Assembly: GCA_951406725.2 (NCBI GenBank)
Contig: OX597826.1
Coordinates: 17,608,001-17,672,000, forward strand
Direction: 5' to 3'
Length of the DNA stretch: 64,000 nt
Source of the DNA: Octopus vulgaris
Taxonomy: Eukaryota
Of the stretch, positions 24,631 to 36,800 are shown piece after piece (within the stretch, counting starts at the first letter, position 1; the number at the start of each line of letters is the position of its first letter). The notes beneath the pieces are model-generated. The model made no database searches, was not told the origin of the DNA, and worked only from the letters and a program-made list of their open reading frames with translations. The position numbers were made by a program, and so were the translations under genes.

Positions 24631-26400
24631 GACCCAGCAGGACTAGTCAGGCCATATCCCGTGGCCCCTACCTGGGACGTAGTCGATCCACCTGTGCATA
24701 CCTTCCTTCTTGTGACACTTGTGAAGACCTGCTGAGGCAAGTGAAAATCAATCAAAATAGATGAACATCAATGGAATTTGTATCTTTGTGGTACCAGTGC
24801 CTGTGGCACACAAGAAAACCATCCGAACGTGGCCGTAGCCAGTACCGCATCGACTGGCCTCCGTGCTGTGGGAAAAAAACACCATCCGAAGACCCGGCAA
24901 GACTAGTCAGGTCATAACCCGTGGCCCCTACCTGGGACATAGTCAGTCCACCTGTACATACCTTCCTTCTTGTGACACTTGTGAAGACCTGTTGAGGCAA
25001 GTGAAAATCAAATCAAAACAAATCAAAATAGATGAACATCAATGGAATTTGTATCTTTGTGGTACCAGTGCCGGTGGCACACAAGAATCCATCTGAACGT
25101 GGCCGTAGTCAGTACCGCATCACTAGCCATCGTGCTGTGGGCACATAACAAACACCATCCGATTGTGGCCGTTCGCCAGCCTCATCTAGCACCTGTGTCG
25201 GTGGCACATAAAAACACCATCCGAAGACCCGGCAAGACTAGTCAGGCCATAACCCATGGCCCCTACCTGGGACGTAGTCAGTCCACCTGTGCATACCTTC
25301 CTCCTTGTGATACTTGTGAAGGCCTGTTGAGGCAAGTGAAAATCAAAATCAAATCAAAACAAATCAAAATAGATGAACATCAATGGAATTTGTATCTTTG
25401 TGGTACCAGTGCCGGTGGCACACAAGAGAAAACCATCCGAAAGTGGCCGTAGCCAGTACCGCATCGACTGGCCTCCGTGCTGTGGGCGCATGACAAACAC
25501 CATCCGATCGTGGCCGTTCGCCAGCCTCATCTAGCACCTGTGTCGGTGGCACATAAAAACACCATCCGAAGACCCGGCAAGACTAGTCAGGCCATAACCC
25601 ATGGCCCCTACCTGGGACGTAGTCAGTCCACCTGTGCATACCTTCCTTCTTGTGACACTTGTGAAGACCTGTTGAGGCAAGTGAAAATCAAAATCAAAAT
25701 CAAAACAAATCAAAATAGATGAACATCAATGGAATCTGTATCTTTGTGGTGCCGGTGGCACACAAGAAAACCATCCGAACGTGGCCGTTTGCCAGCCTCA
25801 TCTGGCACCTGTGTCGGTGGCACATAAAAACACCTTCCGAAGACCCGGCAAGACTAGTCAGTCCACCTGATACCTTCCTTCTTGTGACACTTGTGAAGAC
25901 CTGTTGAGGCAAGTGAAAATCAAATCAAATCAAATCAAAATAGATGAACATCAATGGAATTTGTATCTTTGTGGTACCAGTGCCGGTGGAACACAAGAAA
26001 ACCATCCGAACGTGGCCGTAGCCAGTACCGCATCGACTGGCCTCCGTGCTGTGGGCACGTAACAAACACCATCCGATCGTGGCCGTTTGCCAGCCTCATC
26101 TGGCACCTGTGTCGGTGGCACATAAAAACACCTTCCGAAGACCCGGCAAGACTAGTCAGTCCACCTGTGCATACCTTCCTTCTTGTGACACTTGTGAAGA
26201 CCTGTTGAGGCAAGTGAAAATCAAATCAAATCAAATCAAAATAGATGAACATCAATGGAATCTGTATCTTTGTGGTACCAGTGCCGGTGGCACACAAGAA
26301 AACCATCCGAACGTGGCCGTAGCCAGTACCGCATCGACTGGCCTCCGTGCTGTGGGCACGTAACAAACACCATCCGATCATGGCCGTTTGCCAGCCTCAT
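24631..26400 (+). repeat. Higher-order tandem repeat (six starts; periods 260, 335, 345, 271 and 298 bp)
   Basis: GACCC(A/G)GCA(G/A)GACTAGTCAG recurs at 24631, 24891, 25226, 25571, 25842 and 26140. Confidence 0.9.
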
Positions 26401-26930
26401 CTGGCACCTGTGTCGGTGGCACATAAAAACACCATCCGAGCGTGGCCGCTGCCAGCCTCGTCTGGCACCTGTGTCGGTGGCACATAAAAACACCATCCAA
26501 GCGTGGCCGTCTGCCAGCCTCGTCTGGCACCTGTGTCGGTGGCACATAAAAACACCATCCGAGCGTGGTCGTTTGCCAGCCTCGTCTGGCACCTGTGTCG
26601 GTGGCACATAAAAACACCATCCAAGCGTGGCCGTCTGCCAGCCTCGTCTGGCACCTGTGTCGGTGGCACATAAAAACACCATCCGAGCGTGGCCGTCTGC
26701 CAGCCTCGTCTGGCACCTGTGTCGGTGGCACATAAAAACACCATCCGAGCGTGGCCGTCTGCCAGCCTCGTCTGGCACCTGTGTCGGTGGCACATAAAAA
26801 CACCATCCGAGCGTGGCCGTCTGCCAGCCTCGTCTGGCACCTGTGTCGGTGGCACATAAAAACACCATCCGAGCGTGGCCGTCTGCCAGCCTCGTCTGGC
26901 ACCTGTGTCGGTGGCACATAAAATCACCCA
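26401..26930 (+). repeat. 62-bp minisatellite, about 8.5 near-identical units
   Basis: Unit CTGGCACCTGTGTCGGTGGCACATAAAAACACCATCCGAGCGTGGCCGTCTGCCAGCCTCGT starts at 26401, 26462, 26524, 26586, 26648, 26710, 26772, 26834 and 26896. Confidence 0.95.
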
Positions 26931-28272
26931 CTACACTCTCGGAGTGGTTGGCGTTAGGAAGGGCATCCAGCTGTAGAAACACTGCAAGATCTGACTGGAC
27001 TGGTGCAGCTTTCGGGCTCCCCAGACCCCAGTTGAACCGTCCAACCCATGCTAGCATGGAAAGCGGACGTTAAATGATGATGATGATGATGATGATGATG
27101 ACAACAGCACATTAATTTTCAGGACTTGCATTACAACACATGCTGGTTTCAGATTTGACTTTAGGTTAATTTTGCAGTTCAAAGGCATTACTTCCAATCA
27201 TAGGCTCTTGAAAAATGTTAATCTTGAGCAAATCTCTCTTTGTAGATTAATCTTTGCCCCTCACATATTATTGGAGCATATCTTTCTTTTGTAGATGAAT
27301 TTGCTTGTCTCAAGCAAAACAAGATATATATTTAGAGGTAATATTTATCCCCACTTCAATGTGAATGTGCCATCAGGACAAACTATACAGCAGTAGTTAC
27401 CAGCAATATATAGAATAACAAGAGCCAGAAGAGGCGCCAGTGAGCTTTTTAAGAAGTATTTATTAGTGACAAAGGCAATATTAATACTGATAAAGCTATG
27501 TATCCTACTACTGGTACTGCTAAACTATGATTATCACCAACACATTACTTTCAACAAGTCCTGATGGTACACTCTACAACATGACTGTCTCAATACACTT
27601 CACACAGCAGATCCAAACTACCATGATGCAATTATGATACATGTAGTGACTCGATCCCAAACCCTTGTTCAATCACCATGTTGTAACGTCTCTTGAGTAC
27701 AAGATATATAAACAGAAATTTAATGAGAGTACATGTAGATTAAACCAGTAATCTCATAGCTTCTTCACTTCTCTACAGTTAATTCAATTGTCACTGAATG
27801 ATATAATCGAGCCAGTACACCATAAAACAAATGTATATATATTTGATAATGGTGGAGATGTGAAAGCAATAACACTGTACACATAAATATATATCATAAC
27901 CAGTGAAGCATGTGAGTACCACCATAGTTGACCTACATGTTAAGTGAAGCGTTCCACTCATGCCAACTAAATCAAATGTAATGGCTTAGTAGTCAATAAT
28001 AAAAATGTTATTATAAAAGCATCAAACATTAAAAAGAAAAATAACAGGCAGTAAGAATTTGGGACATTCATGCCTTTTATGAACCAACGATATAAAATGT
28101 GCGGATGACTTAGTTGACAGAGAACTAAAATACAACACTTACCACGTACTTCAACTTATGCCACAACAATAATAGTAGCAGCGGGAACAATATTCAAATG
28201 TACTAGGCAACCATATATATAGATCGTTAGCCACTACACACATTTTTTTCTCTCCTTGTTTTTTCTGTGTCC

Positions 28273-28308
28273 CTTTCTGTAGAAGAGCGTAGGCTTGAAA
28301 CATAAAAG
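28273..28308 (+). ncRNA. Family-3 hammerhead-like motif
   Basis: CTTT-CTGTAGA-A-GAGC(GTAG)GCTT-GAAACATA-AAAG. Confidence 0.5.
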
Positions 28309-28416
28309 ACTTTTTCTATTCCTGAGCGTTATACTAATATATCTGTTTGTTTTGTACACCACCTGTCTTCGTCTTTTGTTTTTTTCGTAAACTTTCCCTA
28401 TATATATATATAAAGT

Positions 28417-28712
28417 GGAGGCACAATGGTCCAGTGGTTAGGGTAGTGGACTCGCGGTTTCGATTCCCAGACCGGGCATTCTGAGTGTTTACTGAGCGAA
28501 AACACCTAAAGCTCCACAAGGCTCTGGCAGGGAGTGGTGGCAATCCCTGCTGTACTCTTTCGCTACAACTTTCTCTCACTCTTTCTTCTGTTGGCCTGCT
28601 TGCTTAGCCAGTGGGGTGGCGTCATTTGAAGGCTAAAACAATGCGAAACGCATTGTGACCAGCGATGTGTAGCAACATCTGAGAACCTGGTCGGCCACGG
28701 TGATCACGGTGA
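28417..28712 (+). mobile_element. tRNA-derived SINE family C
   Basis: A box TGGTCCAGTGG and B box GTTTCGATTCC, inserted in (TA)n. Related heads at about 41130-41360(-) and 62660-62886(-). Confidence 0.75.
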
Positions 28713-29564
28713 TATATGCATATATATTGTATATTACCATCTCTGACATCATAAACAGACCTTTACTGATATTTTAAAATAATTAGAGAAAGCAATAGCT
28801 GATATGTTAATGTAACTCATGGTTTTTTTCTTTCTCTTTTTATAATCATAGTGGATAATAACAATAATAGTTCTTTTATTTGGTTGTCAAACACAAGCAC
28901 ACACACACACACACATATGCAGCTGAACTTAACACACTTTCTGTCAACCTAACTATCACAAAGCTTTGATTGGCTTGAGGTTCTTGTAAAATACACTTGC
29001 CAGGACATGGTATAGTGGGACTGGACCTGTCGCAATGTGGCTGCAAGGTGGACCACGCTATCAAATCTGTATCAATAATTATAATAATAATTTCAAATTT
29101 TGGCACAAGGCCAGCAAGTTCAGAGGAGTTGGGGTTAAGTCAATTATACTGACTTCAGTCTACAACTGGTTTTACTGATCCTGAAAGGATGGAAGGCAAA
29201 GTTGACCTTGGCAGCATTTCAACTGCACACGTTGCTAAGCATTTTGCCTGGCATAATAATAATTTTGCCAGCTGATTGTCTCAGTGAACTATATCAGCAA
29301 TTGATGAATATAGACTTAGTTCAGATGATTTCAATGAATAATAAATTTTCTAAAAGTAACTTTATCTTGTAGTTCATTACAATCACTGGACTGCAGCCAT
29401 GCTGGGGCACTGCCTTGAAGAATTTTAGCTGAACAAATCTACCTCAGCACTTATTTTAAGCCTGACACTTATTCCATTGGTCTCTTTTACCTAACAGTTA
29501 AGTTACAGAGATGTAAACAAACCAATACTAGATATCAAATGGCAGTGAGAGACAAACACATATA

Positions 29565-29805
29565 TGGTGGTTGTCCACTCCTTATATAGAGTTTGACCAC
29601 CTCCTGTACCTACACCTTAGCACCATGATGGCGTTTGATGTGGCTTTTTAAACCGGACAATGTTCTGAAAAGACACCCACAATAGATTGCATATTTGATT
29701 GGACCACCAAGAGCTGCAGATAAGTTCTGCTCTTTGTGGATCTTAACATGTCTTTTGAAGCCTCCGCTGGATTTGCAAACCTTCTGGCATACACTGCATT
29801 CAATG
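29565..29805 (-). mobile_element. LINE 3' end with two C2H2-like motifs (RTE/BovB-type C-terminus), inserted into a SINE
   Basis: CSVCQKVCKSSGGFKRHVKIH and CGCLFRTLSGLKSHIKRH, no TGEKP linkers, flanked by the two halves of a SINE. Confidence 0.6.
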
Positions 29806-30219
29806 CACACATATACATGAATATATATGTATTTATACATGATGAGTTTCTTTTAGCTATTGCCAACCAAATCCACTTACAAAAATTTGGTTGGCCCGGG
29901 GCTGTAGTAGAAGATACTAGCCCAAGGTGTCATGCAATATCACTGAACCTAAAACTGTGTGGTTGGGAAACAAGCTTATATATATATATATATATACACA
30001 CACAAATTATCCTAATTCAGTTCAAATTTAGCCTTCAGAACTGTATGTATATACTACATACAAATAAAATATGAATCTAGAATTACAGAAGAAGACAAAT
30101 TATGAATATTTTTTTATCTTTTACTTGTTTCAGTCATAAGGTTATGGCCATGCTGAGGCACCACTATGAAGAATTTTTAGTTGAATGAATCAACCCCAGT
30201 ACTTATATAAAACATAATC

Positions 30220-30666
30220 TAGAATCCTTGCTAGTGGAGCGCTAAGAGCACCATCTGAGCGTGACCGTTGCCAGAGCGGATAACTGGCTTCTATGCCAGT
30301 GGCATGTAAAAAGCACCATTCAAGCGTGATCGTTACCAGAATGGCCTTACTGGTACTTGTGCCGGTGGCATGTGAAAAAACATTTGAACAAGGTCGTTGC
30401 CAGTGCCACTGGACTGGCTCCTGTGCAGGTAGCATGTAAAAAACACAATCTAAGTGTGGCTGTTGCCAGTACCACCTGACTGGTGGCATGTAAAAGCACC
30501 CACTTACACTCTTGGACTGGTTGGCGTTAGGAAGGGCGTCCAGCTGTAGAAACTCTGCCAGATCAAGATTGGAGCCTGGTGCAGCCATCTGGTTTGCTGG
30601 TCCTCAGTCAAATTGTCCAACCCATGCTAGCATGGAAAGCGGACGTTAAATGATGATGATGATGAT
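30220..30666 (+). mobile_element. RTE 3' UTR fragment (representative of many short copies)
   Basis: Subrepeats plus the conserved terminus. Other copies at about 19210-19310(+), 19637-19690(-), 21538-21662(+), 30901-31200(-), 33790-34058(+), 37880-38137(+), 42718-43210(-), 44850-45175(+) and 61277-61515(-). Confidence 0.85.
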
Positions 30667-31429
30667 GTCTTTAAAAAAACACTTGAAACTAAGATAATAG
30701 ACAACTTATAAATAACAGACCAATTAGAAGGAACTGTACATTTTAACAGGCAAGTGACAATCTTTTCACATATCATGACCATTTCTCAAGGAATACATAT
30801 TTTGTAAGCTTAAAATCTGCATGTTGTTTCTGAACTCATGCTAAAAGATTATTTCTAGGAGTGTGTCTCCTCAGATCCATATTAGCATTTAGTGGATTGG
30901 TCATCATCATCATGATGTCTGCTTTCCATGCTGGCATGGGTTAGATGGTTTGACAGGAGCTGGCAGGGCAGAAAACTGCACCAAGCCTTACCACCTGTTT
31001 TGACATGGTTTTTACGGCTGGATGCCCTACTTAACACAAATCACTATGCATAGTGGTCTGAGTGTTATGTGGTACCTGCACAGGTGAGATCAGTTTTGGC
31101 ATGGTTTTTACAGAAACAGAAAATAAGGCCAACCACTTTACAATGTTGACTGGATGCTTTTTACGTGGCATCAGCGCTGGCAAGATCACCAAGTAACTTG
31201 CAAGACAAAGGTCCTTTGACAGGGGCAGGGCAATGGAGGAGGTGATCTTGTGGCAGATAATGAAAGGTTAGAGTGCGACAGAGAGAGAGAAGAAAAAAAC
31301 ATGTGTTTTGCGGTAGAGAAGATACATGGTTACCCAGCCAAGGAGAGAGAGAGAATTTCTTTATTCACCATAAGGTTGAGAAAAAGAGGGGATGATATGA
31401 GGACAGACAAAACAAACATTGGGGTCAGG

Positions 31430-31940
31430 GTATCGAATGAGACGAAACATATGAATAAACAAACAGTTAAAATATATACAATTAATGAGAATGAGTGAAT
31501 AACAAAAAATGAAGCGGAGGACGTGGTTGACCCAACAAACCACATACTCACACTGAAGACTTTGCTTTCTCCTTTTTTATATTCTCGTTTAAACAAGTTC
31601 TTTCACTCGCAACATACTTGCTATAGACTTCCATGTTTTACGAAACACACTTTGCGACAGGCATTTCTTCTCCAGCCTTATTTTCTGTTTCATGTGGAAA
31701 ACGCAAAAGTCAATTAGCTCGAGACTGGAGATGAACATGCCTGTTGCAATTCCTTTCACTCTCGTCTTCCATACTACCCCTTTTGCAACAGCAATTACTG
31801 AGAGAAAACAGGCTTGCTCCTCCTTATTCAGGGAGGTCGGCGGAATGATCTTAAGTATAGATTCGCTTGACAGTTGTACTCTTCTCGAATGCGACAGCAG
31901 GTGTTCGACATAAGCCCAGAGCTCAGTCACCTCTGTCTTT
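31430..31940 (-). mobile_element. L1/Tx1-like LINE 3' fragment
   Basis: ELWAYVEHLLS...FLSVIAVAKGVVWKTR...FRKTW resembles a Tx1/L1 ORF2 C-terminus. Truncated at (TA)n. Confidence 0.65.
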
Positions 31941-31943
31941 GGA

Positions 31944-31974
<31 letters not shown>

Positions 31975-32600
31975 AAAATAATAATTTGCGAGAAAATGTT
32001 GGGGGATGGGAGGAAGTCTTTCCGAAAATAGCTGTAAAACAGGAGAAAAAAACCCTAAAAGCAGTAGAAACGCATGAACAATTATGGTGATGTCATGAAG
32101 TAAATGTGCTTCAGATACACCCGTTTATTCATACGAACGTAACTGAGATGATATATGTCTTAAATAACAGTGACAAACGAAATATACCCCGCCAAACAAC
32201 AGCAGTAATTTTATTCAGCTGAATACATGTCATTGATTGCACGAAATAACTTCGAAAATAGAAACTTTTTTCAACAATGCTAAAAGTAAAAGATGTTCTA
32301 TATGACACATTCTAACAGTATCCGTAGTTTCAAAGTGTTTAGTTAAAGAAAATTTAATTAATTGAGTTGCCCATCAAAAGGAAAAGATCCTATTTTTTAA
32401 TAAAATATATTTTGAAATAATTATGAGAAAAAATATATCTTCATATTTATTGTTAACTAATCTGAATAAGAACAGCAGTAACCTGGGCAACACAGGGTAA
32501 TTCAGTTAGTAATAAATAAAATAGTATAATATGTAAAATAAAACAAAACAACAAAGACAATAAAGATTTATGAAATTTGTGCTTTAATACAGTTTTGAAC

Positions 32601-32646
<46 letters not shown>

Positions 32647-33029
32647 TATTGAATTATTGTTATCGTTATTCATTCAGGTCAAGTGATAATAATTAAGAAA
32701 GAACAAGGAACAATAAGTTGTTTATTGCCCCACATTCCTGTAGTCCTAGTAACAGATGACTAAGCATAGCAACATTAGTGACATCAGCAGGATATTGCCA
32801 TGGACCGAAATCAATGGGACAATAAAACATCTCTGAAATAATAGTAGTGGTTCATGAAGTGTTTACATTAGGTCATAAAAGACTCAATAGGGTTACTATG
32901 TGCTAACAAACCAAAACAGATACCATGATGTAGAGCTAAAGAACACGGAATAAATTAAGTTAATATATTAAGGAAGAAAAGGACTAGAAAAGTTTACCAA
33001 ACTGAGGAATGAGACCACCATAAAGTGTC

Positions 33030-33279
33030 TTTATTAAATTCAGATTTACAATTAAACTCTGCAACTTTTTCAAACTGGCAGCATTTATCCACTAAAAATG
33101 GTAGTCTGTCCCTGCTTACCAACTTGGTAGATAATAAGAAGGATGAGGCTTCTTACATAAATAAGGATAAACTGGAGATAATTATCTTCACTTTGGGATA
33201 GAGCTTCAGCACCGAGTTTATTTCTGCCCACTTCAGGACATTGGTAATGATGATGATGTTGAAATGTCAAGACAAAAGT
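33030..33279 (-). other. COMMD8: Putative COMMD8 3' UTR with candidate poly(A) signals
   Basis: Non-repetitive sequence downstream of the stop codon. Minus-strand AATAAA at 33217-33222 and 33030-33035. The true 3' end cannot be determined. Confidence 0.45.
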
Positions 33280-33303
33280 TCATGATGTATACTGCAACAC
33301 AGT
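33280..33303 (-). CDS. COMMD8: COMMD8 terminal coding exon (TVLQYTS*)
   Basis: Strong polypyrimidine acceptor (tttttctcttctcttttttcaaag), then ACT GTG TTG CAG TAT ACA TCA TGA. It joins in phase 0 to ...SANK, giving SANKTVLQYTS*, compared with the recalled human C-terminus AANKVVLQLK*. Confidence 0.8.
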   Translation of the reverse strand, partial: TVLQYTS

Positions 33304-34323
33304 CTTTGAAAAAAGAGAAGAGAAAAACGTATAATTTTTTTTATTTCAAGAGTTCAAAATATTTCAAAGTAATTAGGAAAATATGAGAGCATTAGATAGA
33401 AATATTCACTTACTCCTTTTTCAATGATGCAAAAAATAACTCAAAAAAATGATGTAAACAAGAAAAAAACATTAATAAGCTGAGTAGAAAGAATTTGTAG
33501 TGAGAAATATTTAGAACAAGCAGAACTCAGGAAAATCATTCATGATAAACATTCTATCCAGGAAAGATTTATTAGATAAGCTTAATTCTACTGAATCCTG
33601 GATCTCTAAATCTTTATGATTCATCAAAGGATTAACATTTAGCCCTTATCATGCGATATAAGATGATGTAAGTCTATCTATAAAGATAACATGCCTATTT
33701 AGAGTTATGTTAAAAAAAATCTTATGATGGCTGTTTTGTTTAGTATAGCATCTTTGATAAACAGTGACCCCCCCCCATCCACCCACTAGTGAATGTGCCA
33801 CATAAAAAGCACCTGTACTACTGCTACATAAAAACCACATGTACTGGTGCCACATAAAACACACCTATGCTGGTGCTATGTATAAAGCCATAACACCAGC
33901 ACAGCTGTAAAGTGGTTGGCATAAGGAAGGGCATCCAGTCATAGAAACCATGCCCAAACAGACAACTGGAGCCAGGTGCAACTCTCTGGTTTGTTAGCTC
34001 TTGTCAACCCATTCAAATCACGCCAACATGGAAAGTGGACATTAAATGATGATGATGACAGCAGCACCGATTACTGGATAAGTTCCTGTGCACGGGGAAA
34101 CTAAACTGACGCTTTCATTTGTAAAACCAAACCCAACCGACATTTCACCTCAAAATTAGACACTACCAAAGTGAATATAAAAGATCCAATCCAGCTTACG
34201 ACGCAGTACAAACTGCATTGTCCTGATAATTACAATTAACAAATGTTGATATAATGAGAGTGATAATGGCTGGGGTATTCAGAATTACAACCACTACCAC
34301 CACCACCATGAAATACATCATCA

Positions 34324-34356
34324 CATATACACAAATATACATATATATACATACAT

Positions 34357-34431
<75 letters not shown>

Positions 34432-34532
34432 GCATATATATATATATATACATGTCTATATATTACACACACACATATATATATTTATATATACATATAT
34501 ACAGATATATACATATATATATACATATATAC

Positions 34533-34569
<37 letters not shown>

Positions 34570-34623
34570 TACATATACATATATATAAATATATATATAC
34601 ATATATATATACATATATATAAC

Positions 34624-34656
<33 letters not shown>

Positions 34657-34940
34657 CATATATATATACATATATATATATACATATATATACATACATA
34701 TATATACATGTATATACATATATATATATACATGTTGCACCGTCCAACCCATGCCAGCATGGACGCTAAACGATGATGATGTATATACATACATATATAC
34801 ATACATATATATACATATATATATACATATATATATACACACACATATATATACACACATATATATACATATATATACACACACATATATATACATATAT
34901 ATACATATATATATACATATATATACATATATATACATAC

Positions 34941-35018
<78 letters not shown>

Positions 35019-35068
35019 ACATATATATACATATATATATACATACATATACATATATATATACATAC

Positions 35069-35100
<32 letters not shown>

Positions 35101-35115
35101 ATACATACATATACA

Positions 35116-35161
<46 letters not shown>

Positions 35162-35250
35162 CATATACATACATATATATATATATATATACATACATAC
35201 ACATATATATATATATATACATACATACATACACATATATATACATACAT

Positions 35251-35300
<50 letters not shown>
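34324..35300. repeat. About 1-kb degenerate (TA)n/(TACA)n microsatellite field
   Basis: Direct inspection; interrupted by a short RTE tail at about 34735-34781. Confidence 0.95.
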
Positions 35301-35305
<5 letters not shown>

Positions 35306-35329
35306 CTACATTAATAATGAAGCAGAAAG

Positions 35330-36560
35330 TCTTATGATGTAGTACTATAGTTATTTAAACAATGTTGCTATATTGTATACAGTTAAAGTTTAAGGTTATT
35401 CAAATGACTATTAAGAAGAATATTATAACAAAAGGATAGAAATTTATGAATACTTTTGAGTATATACCAAACTTTTACCACAATAGAGGGAGGAAAAGTT
35501 TAATATTTATACATATAGTACACACCTAATTACTAACTCATCAGATGGTATCTGTGAATATTGATTAATTGGTATATACTGGTATTAATAAAAGAGTATT
35601 GAGGTAAAGGAACATGCTAATTATATATTAATAAAATTATAATCTAAGCAGTATTTTTTTATAAGTAGTGAATACATGATATTTATAGTTTCTTATATGA
35701 TATTACAGTTTCTTAGGGGTCCTTAATTAGAGGGGCTGTTTTTATAAAGCCAACATAAATACCAAAATTAAGAGGACGGAACACTTAAAGAAAGAGATAA
35801 AAAACTTAGTTACTAAAACTATTTTCGACAATATGTCATTATTGTATAAATTAAAATTTGGGGTTATCAAGAAGATTTATCATTGAGGTGAGAGAACAAA
35901 TTTACTATAAATCATAATTTAGACAGTTTAATTTTAAGTTGTGAAGATACCCATATTGTTTTTTATAAGATAAGTATGGATTTATAGGGGCACAAAAATT
36001 TAGGTTTGTCTAAAGTATTAAAATGACCAGGTAGGGCAGAAACACCATAGAAAAGGATATAAAATAGCTTAATCCCTAAAATCATAATGAAGTATATACA
36101 CAACTTAGTAACTTCAATAGAGAAGATTTATAGAAAATATGTAATAATTCAAACATTTAAAACTAAAAATTGTTTATTTACTTAATTAGCTTGTGTCTAT
36201 AATCACTGGTACCCAATATTAACTAAAGGAAAATTAATGCTGTAGGGCATGCTACCTATGCACTGATTTTAAACAAAGAGGTACGTTATAGGTTTTAAAA
36301 CTCAGAATCAATAAGGTGCTTTCTAAATTATTTGAAGGTACAGGTGGCACTATGTACACATGATACCCTAAGGTCTAATCAATTATTAATCAGGTTGCCA
36401 TTATCTTTATGCTTAAAAGTTTCAAATGTTTCCATAGAGCAAAGCTCACACCCATATCTGCTATTTCTATAAGGCTGAGCTTTTCTTATTATTTCCCATT
36501 TGAGGCTAAACTAAATTCCCTTTTCTTCCAATTCCCAAAAATTACAGGATAATGACATAT
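35330..36560 (+). mobile_element. Possible highly decayed Penelope-like ORF remnant
   Basis: AT-rich, stop-ridden coding-like sequence next to a pseudo-LTR-like repeat; a similar remnant lies at about 3050-3420(-). Recognition is weak. Confidence 0.3.
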
Positions 36561-36761
36561 ATATATATGTATATAAACAAAAGACGAAGGCAGGTGGAAT
36601 ACAAACAAATGTATTAGTATGGCGCTCAGGAATAGAAATAGAAAGATACACAGAAAAGAAACAAGGAGAGAAACAAGGAGAGAAAAAACATGCGTGTAGG
36701 AGCTAACGGTCTATCATGGCGTTCTCATATATAGATAAACTGGCAAAATGACCATTCCGAA

Positions 36762-36800
<39 letters not shown>

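Larger units (their letters stand above)
24302..27100 (+). mobile_element. RTE LINE 3' fragment with a greatly expanded 3' UTR
   Basis: Same RT C-terminus (ERRLRWYGHV..GRGRPRKTW), stop at 24644-24646, tandem arrays, and the conserved terminus ...CCAACCCATGCTAGCATGGAAAGCGGACGTTAAA(TGA)n. Confidence 0.95.

Noticed and set aside
26440-26560. HDV-like ribozyme in the 62-bp unit (GCC-AGCCTCGTCT-GGC resembles HDV P3/L3)
   Set aside because: P3-to-P1' spacing and J4/2 (CATAA) are non-canonical, and the loop sequence is not conserved in older copies.
26401-26930. CRISPR-like array
   Set aside because: Units are contiguous and near-identical with no unique spacers, there are no cas genes, and the array sits inside a eukaryotic LINE 3' UTR.
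24752-27073. Long Cys/His/Arg-rich ORFs (up to 273 aa)
   Set aside because: They are translations of the tandem repeat, open in several frames on both strands.
29610-29840. Host C2H2 zinc-finger gene
   Set aside because: Only two motifs (one broken), no TGEKP linkers, no splice signals, and nested in a SINE; it fits a LINE C-terminus.
34196-35314. YI/MY-rich ORFs of 85-266 aa, and similar poly-L/N/T ORFs elsewhere
   Set aside because: Microsatellite translation artefacts.
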